Below the pieces are notes generated by a model. That model was not told where the DNA came from and did not search any database. It saw only the letters and a list, made by a program, of their open reading frames with translations. A program made the translations under genes and the position numbers. A DNA stretch of 60,906 nt. It comes from Candidatus Falkowbacteria bacterium. GTDB lineage: Bacteria > Patescibacteriota > Patescibacteriia > JAACEG01. The first letter of the stretch is position 1; every line of letters begins with the position of its first letter. Of the stretch, positions 8,663 through 15,675 are shown piece by piece. The stretch covers positions 1 through 60,906 of the forward strand of contig JABIDK010000003.1 of assembly GCA_018651725.1 (NCBI GenBank), given 5' to 3'.

Positions 8663-10225
8663 ATGGAATTAAAAGTAACTGATCTACGCAAAGAATATGA
8701 CGGCAATATCATTCTAAACGATATTTCTTTTGTTTTGAATGCTGGTCAGAAGGTTGGGTTAGTCGGTTATAATGGGACCGGTAAAACAACTTTACTGAAA
8801 ATTTTATCAAACGAAATGAAAGGTGATGGAGGTAAGGTTCAATTCAGAAAAGGGGTTACCATTGGCTACGTTCCGCAAGATACAAGAATAGCTTCTGAAC
8901 AAAATGTTCGTCAGTATCTATCTTCAGACGAAAACAATATCGCTGATTACAAAATGGAACGAATCTTGAACGGTCTAGATTTATCAGAAGTTGAACTAAA
9001 TACATATTTGCAACAACTTAGTTCGGGACAAAAAAGCAAAGTTTTTTTAGCGAAGATTTTATTAGTAGACCCAAATATCTTGTTATTAGATGAACCAACC
9101 AATAATCTTGATATTGCTGCTCTTGTCTGGCTAGAAAACTTCTTAAAGCAAAGTCTATCTACTTGCTTGATTGTTTCACACGATAGAGTATTTCTGGATA
9201 ATATCGTTAATAAAATTTTTGAATTAAACTGGCAAACAAGAAAATTGACAATTACCAATGGTCGGTATTCTGAATATTTGCAACGCAAAGAAAAAGAATA
9301 CGAGCGTCAGTTATCTGATTTTAACCAACAGCAAAAAGAATTAGCTCGATTATCTAAGGCTGCTGATAACAAGAGACGTGCTGCTAAAAAAGGTTCAAAA
9401 TTCAAAGGTCGAGACAATGACAAGTATAATCGTGGGTTTAAAAGAGATAGAGCTGCTCGTTCTGGGTCAACTGTTAAAGCTTTACAGAAAAGAATTGATG
9501 GGACGACCAAGGTGTCAGAACCAATATCTCGTGATTTGTTTAAAATCACGATTAATGATTACAAGCCAATCGGAACAACTGATATTTCTTTTTTTGAAGC
9601 AATAGTTGGTTACAGAGATTTTTTTCAATTAAAGAAATTTTCTCTAAACATTCCTTTTGGAAGTAGAGTTGTGTTTTTAGGATCTAACGGTGCTGGAAAG
9701 TCAACAATCATTAAAACAATATCAGGAGAAAATAACCTTTTGTTCGGTAGAAAAAAAATTGGCAATGGTCTAATTATTGGAAATTTAGCTCAAGAGCATC
9801 AAAATTTACCCTTGAACAAAAAACTGCTTGATTTCTTATCGGAAAAATGTGAACTTTCTATCCAAGAGACTTATCATTTGATAAAAAAATTTGGATTCAA
9901 AGCCGATGATGTTCAGAAACAAATCTGTAATTTTTCTCCTGGTGAAAGGGCTAGGATTCTATTGGCCACTTTCTCTGCCTTATCTGTAAATGTTCTATTA
10001 TTGGATGAACCAACCAATCATCTTGACCTGGAAGCTTTGATCGCCGTGGAAAAATCAATTAAAGAATTCTCTGGTACAATTATTTTGGTTTCGCACGATC
10101 GATACTTTCTGAGAAAATTTAACCCGACTCATATATTTTCTATCGATAACTATAAGATTATTTCCGAAAGAGATATTGAGTCCTACTTACAAAAAGCTGA
10201 AGAAAAAGGAAAATATTCATGGTGA
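8663..10225 (+). CDS. ABC-F family ATPase (two fused NBDs, no TM domain, long basic linker)
   Basis: Walker A GYNGTGKTT and GSNGAGKST; signatures LSSGQKSK and FSPGERAR; Walker B LLLDEPTN twice. The ~80-aa K/R-rich inter-domain linker runs QRKEKEYERQ..KRRAAKKGSKFKGRDNDKYNRGFKRDRAARSG. SD GAGGTGAGG lies upstream. Confidence 0.9.
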   Translation: MELKVTDLRKEYDGNIILNDISFVLNAGQKVGLVGYNGTGKTTLLKILSNEMKGDGGKVQFRKGVTIGYVPQDTRIASEQNVRQYLSSDENNIADYKMERILNGLDLSEVELNTYLQQLSSGQKSKVFLAKILLVDPNILLLDEPTNNLDIAALVWLENFLKQSLSTCLIVSHDRVFLDNIVNKIFELNWQTRKLTITNGRYSEYLQRKEKEYERQLSDFNQQQKELARLSKAADNKRRAAKKGSKFKGRDNDKYNRGFKRDRAARSGSTVKALQKRIDGTTKVSEPISRDLFKITINDYKPIGTTDISFFEAIVGYRDFFQLKKFSLNIPFGSRVVFLGSNGAGKSTIIKTISGENNLLFGRKKIGNGLIIGNLAQEHQNLPLNKKLLDFLSEKCELSIQETYHLIKKFGFKADDVQKQICNFSPGERARILLATFSALSVNVLLLDEPTNHLDLEALIAVEKSIKEFSGTIILVSHDRYFLRKFNPTHIFSIDNYKIISERDIESYLQKAEEKGKYSW

Positions 10226-10268
10226 ATATAACTTTCAAATCAGCACATAACAACACGGAGGTGTTATT

Positions 10269-10460
10269 ATGAAAACCCAAAAGCAGTACCGGAAACCCAA
10301 GGTGACCAGTAGTGGAAGCACGCCTGAACCAATTGAAGCTGGCTGTTGCTTAACCAGCTGTGGAGGTTCACCGGCTGTGATGCAATCCAGTGATGCCTTA
10401 CAGGAAGATATCGCTATGGTCAAAACTGTTGTTTCAGATGCCAAAAAAGATCTGGGATAA
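10269..10460 (+). CDS. 63-aa Cys-containing small peptide, candidate RiPP precursor
   Basis: GGAGG lies 7 nt upstream of the ATG. The gene sits 43 nt after the ABC-F stop and immediately upstream of an RRE-fused radical SAM gene. Sequence: MKTQKQYRKPKVTSSGSTPEPIEAGCCLTSCGGSPAVMQSSDALQEDIAMVKTVVSDAKKDLG. Confidence 0.6.
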   Translation: MKTQKQYRKPKVTSSGSTPEPIEAGCCLTSCGGSPAVMQSSDALQEDIAMVKTVVSDAKKDLG

Positions 10461-10475
10461 TACAATTCTCAACGG

Positions 10476-10507
10476 TAACGACATGTCAACAGATCGACAT
10501 GTCGTTA
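10476..10507 (+). promoter_or_regulatory. perfect 12-bp inverted repeat (stem-loop) between the peptide gene and the radical SAM gene
   Basis: taacgacatgtc (10476-10487), 8-nt loop, gacatgtcgtta (10496-10507). No T-run follows. It covers the first in-frame ATG (10499). Confidence 0.6.
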
Positions 10508-10525
10508 TCAATAAAGGTGAATGAA

Positions 10526-11746
10526 ATGAAAGTTAAAATCAGACAGGAAGAAGGAGAATATCTTGCATATTTTCTGGATTCCCGTCGACTAGTTGGAGTA
10601 AACAAAATTGGCTCTGTAATTTTGAACCAACTGTTTAATGAGAGTAAAAAAATCAAAGCTATCACTGCCGAAATCTCAACTCAGTACGACATACCGTTAT
10701 CAGAAGTTAGAAAAGACGCTATTGATTTTTTAACGGCTCTTGATAAAGAAATGCTACCTGATGGTTTTGCAGTTATCGATCAAAAACAGATGAAGGCGCC
10801 ATTGGGCGTGGAGTTAGAAATAACTACAGCTTGTAACTTGCGATGTAAACATTGTATCCAAGATGGTGGTCATCATAATGTTTCTATGAAATTTTCAAAA
10901 GTTCAATCTATTATTGATACTTTGTCCAAGGCCGGTGTCTGTGAAGTTAGTCTAATTGGTGGCGAACCTTTTCTCCATAAAGATATTTTGGCTATTATCG
11001 AATATTGTCAAAATGCCGACATGACTGTAAACGTTGTTACTAACAGCACTCTACTCACCGATGATATCGTTTCCGAATTATCTAAGTTTAAAAGACTTTC
11101 TTTACTGGTGAGCTTGGATGGTATCAGCGATGTGCATGACTATATCCGGGGAGATGGTGTTTTCATAAAAGTTTCCGATGTACTTCGAAAACTTAAGAAA
11201 AATAAAATTGCCGTTGAAACCTTATGTACATTAAATAGTTTCAATATTACCAATTACCGAGAAGTTTTGGATTACTGTCATAACTTGAAAATTCCATGCA
11301 ACTTTAATCTGTTTAAACCATTCTCTGAAAAACATCGAAAGCTCACTCTTCATCCTCATGATTTTTTTGATACAATCATAGAATTACTTGATCTTAGACA
11401 AAATCATGGATATAGAGTTGGTCTTTCGAATGCAGCTATTATCGCTGAGTTGTTTGAACTACCGGACCGAAATGAATGTCGCGCAACACGATCTGGCCTA
11501 GTAATTGATGTTCGAGGAAGAATGATTACTTGTCCATCTCTGGTCGCAACTGGATTCTATGATGCCATAAAATTGCCCGAATTTAGTGATAATTTTCTTG
11601 ATGATTGGAAAAATCATCCAGTGTTTATTGATTTTCAACAGAAAGGATTAAGAGAATGCCAAGCACGGGCAATGATTTTCAGCCAAGATGTTAACGGTGC
11701 GGATCCTTACGGGATAACCGCTTTTAAAAAATATTTTTATGGATAA
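10526..11746 (+). CDS. radical SAM enzyme with N-terminal PqqD-like peptide-recognition domain and a short Cys-containing C-terminal (Twitch/SPASM-like) region
   Basis: CNLRCKHC (CxxxCxxC), GGEPF, and a PqqD-like N-domain (LDSRRLVGVNKIGSVILNQLF..DAIDFLTALDKE). C-terminal cysteines are CRATRSGLVIDVRGRMITC plus a later ECQ. The ATG at 10526 has AAAGGTG 7 nt upstream. The ORF-track start at 10499 lies inside the hairpin and has no SD. Confidence 0.8.
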   Translation: MKVKIRQEEGEYLAYFLDSRRLVGVNKIGSVILNQLFNESKKIKAITAEISTQYDIPLSEVRKDAIDFLTALDKEMLPDGFAVIDQKQMKAPLGVELEITTACNLRCKHCIQDGGHHNVSMKFSKVQSIIDTLSKAGVCEVSLIGGEPFLHKDILAIIEYCQNADMTVNVVTNSTLLTDDIVSELSKFKRLSLLVSLDGISDVHDYIRGDGVFIKVSDVLRKLKKNKIAVETLCTLNSFNITNYREVLDYCHNLKIPCNFNLFKPFSEKHRKLTLHPHDFFDTIIELLDLRQNHGYRVGLSNAAIIAELFELPDRNECRATRSGLVIDVRGRMITCPSLVATGFYDAIKLPEFSDNFLDDWKNHPVFIDFQQKGLRECQARAMIFSQDVNGADPYGITAFKKYFYG

Positions 11747-11771
11747 TCATATGAAGTACCCCAATATGGTT

Positions 11772-11803
11772 GCGGTCAGTTTAGATAAACTGACCGCTTT
11801 TTT
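11772..11803 (+). terminator. rho-independent terminator of the ABC-F/peptide/rSAM operon
   Basis: gcggtcagttt (11772-11782), agat loop, aaactgaccgc (11787-11797), then tttttt. Confidence 0.8.
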
Positions 11804-12452
11804 ATAATTTTAAATTTATTTGATCAACTGAAGTGCTAGTCAAAATTTTTAATGAATAATCTGTATTTGTTTCTAAAAAATTTTTCACAATCTTGAAGCC
11901 TAAAACATAACCAGCCCACTTAGGAATATTTTCTTTTTCCGAACCCTTTAAAAACCAAATTTCGTAATCTTGTTCATTAAATTTTTTATGAGCTATTTTT
12001 TTAAATTTTTCTAATAAGAAATTAAATTCTTCTTTTTTAATCGGCGTAATCCATTCCGATAATTCTCCTGTCATTTGATAAACAAAAAAATCAGCCAAAC
12101 CCTCACTAAACACGCTTTCTAAAAAAGATGACTTGTCAATCTCTATTCCTGCTTGTCTACGCAAAGCATGATGTAATTCATGCCATAATGCTTTTTCAAT
12201 ATTTTTTTCAAAAATTTTTTGATTAATATCAAAACTTATTTGAATAAAATTACCAGCAGGACAATAAGCCCCTATTCCGCTTAAGTCTTTTAATAGTTCC
12301 GGATTCTCAGCTTCTTTAAAAGTAATATTAATTTCCTTAAAAGAAAATAAAGTTTTGAGTTTTTTTTCAACATTATTAACAACTCTTTTGACTTTTTCTT
12401 CTAAAAAAGTTAAATGCCCAGAATCATTTAAAATTTTAATTTTTAATTTCAT
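11802..12452 (-). CDS. putative zinc metallopeptidase (HExxH; DUF2268-like pattern)
   Basis: LWHELHHALRRQ (HExxH), followed by SEGLADFF. Cytoplasmic, with no signal peptide. The family call is by pattern only. Confidence 0.4.
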   Translation of the reverse strand: MKLKIKILNDSGHLTFLEEKVKRVVNNVEKKLKTLFSFKEINITFKEAENPELLKDLSGIGAYCPAGNFIQISFDINQKIFEKNIEKALWHELHHALRRQAGIEIDKSSFLESVFSEGLADFFVYQMTGELSEWITPIKKEEFNFLLEKFKKIAHKKFNEQDYEIWFLKGSEKENIPKWAGYVLGFKIVKNFLETNTDYSLKILTSTSVDQINLKL

Positions 12453-12474
12453 GGTACTATAATTTTATTTTTAT

Positions 12475-12647
12475 CTATTCTCTTTTAAATGAAGCTCCAC
12501 CTCATATTCTTCCCTCTAATCATAATAATGAGCCTCTCCTATAACACCAAAATGATGGACATGAGTATCCACGATTTTTAAGTCATTTTCCTTCTTTAAT
12601 TTTTGAAGATAGACTAAAAATTCTTGTTTGATATTAAAACTAAGTAT
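12475..12647 (-). pseudogene. decayed duplicate of the 5' end (about 57 codons) of the amidohydrolase gene at 7232-8335
   Basis: 12504-12647 aligns without gaps to 8192-8335, with 12 mismatches in 144 nt by hand count. Weaker similarity continues to about 12475. The start codon is ATA instead of ATG, and there is an in-frame TAA after ..HLKENR. Confidence 0.8.
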
Positions 12648-12654
12648 AACTATT

Positions 12655-15600
12655 TTAAACTTTAACAACCGCAAGTATGACTTCGTCTTTGTTTATTTTT
12701 ACTGTTTTTGTATCTTCAGTGTCTTTGTCTATACCTTTAATAATTTCTTTAGCTAAAACATCTTTTAGGAGTTCTTGTTTCAACTTTTTATCTGTTAGGA
12801 CTTTTTTTATGTCTTTACTTTTAGTTTCGTAATATACTTTTATATTATCCTGAATTACAAAGCCTTTATTTTTTCTAATGTTATTAATAACTCTTACCAT
12901 CTCTCGCTTAATGCCTTCCAATTTTAATTCCTCGGTGATTTTAGTGTCTAGATCAATAATAATTCCGCTTTCAACTTTCTTAAATATAATTTTTTTTACA
13001 TTAAGTTCATCTTTTAATAAATCTAGATAATCTTTTTTATCTTTTATTGTTATAAGTTCTAGATCTGGAGTTTTTACAATCAAAGATACTAAAGGCTGAC
13101 GTATTTTGATTCCGTATTCATCTCTTTTTGCTAAACCTACCTCAACTAATTTTCTTACTGTTCCCATCCTAATTAACTCATCGTTATCAAAATTATCTGC
13201 AATGGGAAAAGATTCTAAATGTACAGACTTATCAACATCTTCAAAATTATTACCCGTCACCTTTTGCCAAACTTGCTCGGCAATAAAAGGCGTAAATGGC
13301 GCCATTATTTTTGAAAGTTCTGTTAATACAAATTTTGTTGTAGCCAAAGCTGCTTGTTTATCGTTTTCATCCTCCCCCTTAAATCTATCTCTTGATCTTC
13401 TGATATACCAGGTTGATAAATCATCGATAAAATCAGCGATTGGTCTGGTTGATTTCGGTAAGTGATAAGCGTTCATATTTTCTGTTACCTCTTGTATCAA
13501 TTGATCAAGTCTTGCTAAAATCCATTTATCTAAAACATTTTTACTCTTACATTTTTTAGTTTTTAATTCACCTTCAAATAAGTCATAAAATTTCACTACA
13601 TTCCATAAAATCATTACGACTTTACGAAAAGATTCTTTGACTCCGTCTTCAGAAAAATTCAAGTTATCGGCCTGCACAATATTTGATGTCATTAAATAAT
13701 AACGAAGAGCATCAGCTCCATACTGATCAAAAAGAAGCGATGGGTCAGGATAATTTTGCAATCTTTTGGCCATTTTTTTGCCATCTTCAGCCAAAACTAT
13801 ACCGTTTACAATTACATTGTTAAAAGTATGGCCGTCTTTAATTGCTGTACCGATTAAATGCAAATAATAAAACCAAGCCCTGCATTGGTCTTGTCCCTCA
13901 GCAATAAACTCAGCTGGGAAATTTTTATCAAACTTTTCTTTATTTTCAAATGGATAATGCATCTGTGCGTAAGGCATTGAACCACTATCAAACCAAGTGT
14001 CGAGCACATCCGGGATTCTTGTCATCTCTCCATTACATTTAACACATCCAAATTTTATTTTATCTACGATATGTTTATGCAAATCAGTAATTTTTTCATT
14101 GCTATCTTTTTCCAATTCTTTTACAGAACCAAATACTTTTATTTCTTCACATTTATTACACTTCCAAATCGGCATCACCGATGCCCAAAATCTCTGCCGA
14201 GAAATTGACCAATCGCGAGCACCTTCTAACCAGTTACCAAAACGACCTTCTTTGATGTGAGCTGGCGACCAATTAATTTCTTTAGCTGTTTCTAGGCTTC
14301 TTTTTTTGATTTTTGTAACATTTACAAACCAAGAGCTAGTTGCATAATTGATTAAAGGTGTATCACAGCGCCAACAATGCGGATAACTGTGTTCATATTT
14401 TTCTTTATGGAACAATAAATTATTATGAGCCAAATATTTTATAATTTCAATATCGGTACTCATATGATTATCCTTTGGCTTGACATTAAGCCCTTGGAAA
14501 TCTTTTACTTCACTTTTGAAATTTCCATCCATTGTTAAATGTTGGACAAAAGGCAAACTATACTCCTTGCCTAAATTCATATCATCCTCACCAAAAGCCG
14601 GAGCGATGTGTACTACTCCGGTTCCATCTTCAGTAGTCACAAAATCCGCTGAGTAAATTTTCCAACCATTTTCTCTGTTTTCCAGTTTTTTATCGCTTGA
14701 ATAATAATCAAATAATGGTTTATATTTTTTACCAATTAAATCTTTACCTTTAAACTTTTTATTTTTAACAAAATCACTAACTGCTAAATACAACAACTTA
14801 TGTAATTTATTATCGCTACTTTTATCTTTCTTGGCTATTTCTTTAGAAAATATATATTTACCAGGGCTTACATCAAGTTCCATGCCATATTTTTCTGGTT
14901 TAAAATCACTTGGAATTTCGACCTCTAAATAATCAATATCCTTACCAACTGCCAACGCTACATTTCCGATAAGCGTCCAAGGCGTAGTTGTCCAGGCTAA
15001 AATATATGTTCCGGGTTCATCGAGTAATTCAAATTTTGCAGTTGCTGATAGATCCTTAATATCTGCATAGCCTTCGGTTACCTCTGACTGTGAAAGAGTT
15101 GTTTCACATCGCGGGCAAACATGCATTGAACGATAGCCTTCGTAAATTAAGTCTTTGTCCCAAAGTTGTTTAAACACCCACCAGATAGACTCCATATAAT
15201 CCAAATCCATTGTGCTATAAGCATTGTCCATATCCGCCCAACGACCAAGGCGCTTAATCACTTTCTCCCATTCATCAACATAACTTAAAACCTTTGACCT
15301 ACAAAGTTCGTTAAATTTAGTGACTCCTGCTTTTTCAATATCTTTTTTACTTTTTGAGCCCAATTCTTTTTCCACAATATTTTCAATCGGCAGACCATGG
15401 CAGTCCCAACCCCATTTTCTTTCTACTCGTTTTCCTTGCATCGTCCAATACCGCGGAATTACATCTTTCATAACTGATCCGACGATATGTCCATAATGTG
15501 GGGTACCGGTAGCAAATGGAGGTCCATCGTAAAAAACATAATCCCCCTTCGGCGCCTCTCTTTCAACACTTTTTTCAAATATTTTATTTTTCTCCCAAAA

Positions 15601-15669
15601 AGCCAAAACATCCTCTTCCATTTTAGAGAATGCGTTTACTGGCTTTTTTTGACTATCTTTTTTTAACAT
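12655..15669 (-). CDS. ileS: isoleucyl-tRNA synthetase, type 2 (eukaryote-like) form
   Basis: HIGH motif PHYGHIVG, KMSKS-variant KKMAKRLQNYPDP, and WCISRQR-like WSISRQRFW. The ORF-track start at 15675 is TTG. The ATG at 15669 is preceded by GGAGGA within the aspS stop region. Confidence 0.9.
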   Translation of the reverse strand: MLKKDSQKKPVNAFSKMEEDVLAFWEKNKIFEKSVEREAPKGDYVFYDGPPFATGTPHYGHIVGSVMKDVIPRYWTMQGKRVERKWGWDCHGLPIENIVEKELGSKSKKDIEKAGVTKFNELCRSKVLSYVDEWEKVIKRLGRWADMDNAYSTMDLDYMESIWWVFKQLWDKDLIYEGYRSMHVCPRCETTLSQSEVTEGYADIKDLSATAKFELLDEPGTYILAWTTTPWTLIGNVALAVGKDIDYLEVEIPSDFKPEKYGMELDVSPGKYIFSKEIAKKDKSSDNKLHKLLYLAVSDFVKNKKFKGKDLIGKKYKPLFDYYSSDKKLENRENGWKIYSADFVTTEDGTGVVHIAPAFGEDDMNLGKEYSLPFVQHLTMDGNFKSEVKDFQGLNVKPKDNHMSTDIEIIKYLAHNNLLFHKEKYEHSYPHCWRCDTPLINYATSSWFVNVTKIKKRSLETAKEINWSPAHIKEGRFGNWLEGARDWSISRQRFWASVMPIWKCNKCEEIKVFGSVKELEKDSNEKITDLHKHIVDKIKFGCVKCNGEMTRIPDVLDTWFDSGSMPYAQMHYPFENKEKFDKNFPAEFIAEGQDQCRAWFYYLHLIGTAIKDGHTFNNVIVNGIVLAEDGKKMAKRLQNYPDPSLLFDQYGADALRYYLMTSNIVQADNLNFSEDGVKESFRKVVMILWNVVKFYDLFEGELKTKKCKSKNVLDKWILARLDQLIQEVTENMNAYHLPKSTRPIADFIDDLSTWYIRRSRDRFKGEDENDKQAALATTKFVLTELSKIMAPFTPFIAEQVWQKVTGNNFEDVDKSVHLESFPIADNFDNDELIRMGTVRKLVEVGLAKRDEYGIKIRQPLVSLIVKTPDLELITIKDKKDYLDLLKDELNVKKIIFKKVESGIIIDLDTKITEELKLEGIKREMVRVINNIRKNKGFVIQDNIKVYYETKSKDIKKVLTDKKLKQELLKDVLAKEIIKGIDKDTEDTKTVKINKDEVILAVVKV

Positions 15670-15675
15670 ACACAA

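Noticed and set aside
8163-12647. Calling the repeat-flanked segment a mobile element (IS, transposon or ICE)
   Set aside because: No transposase, integrase, recombinase or terminal inverted repeats are visible. Only the direct repeats and a mild composition shift support acquisition, so it is reported as a finding rather than a mobile_element feature.
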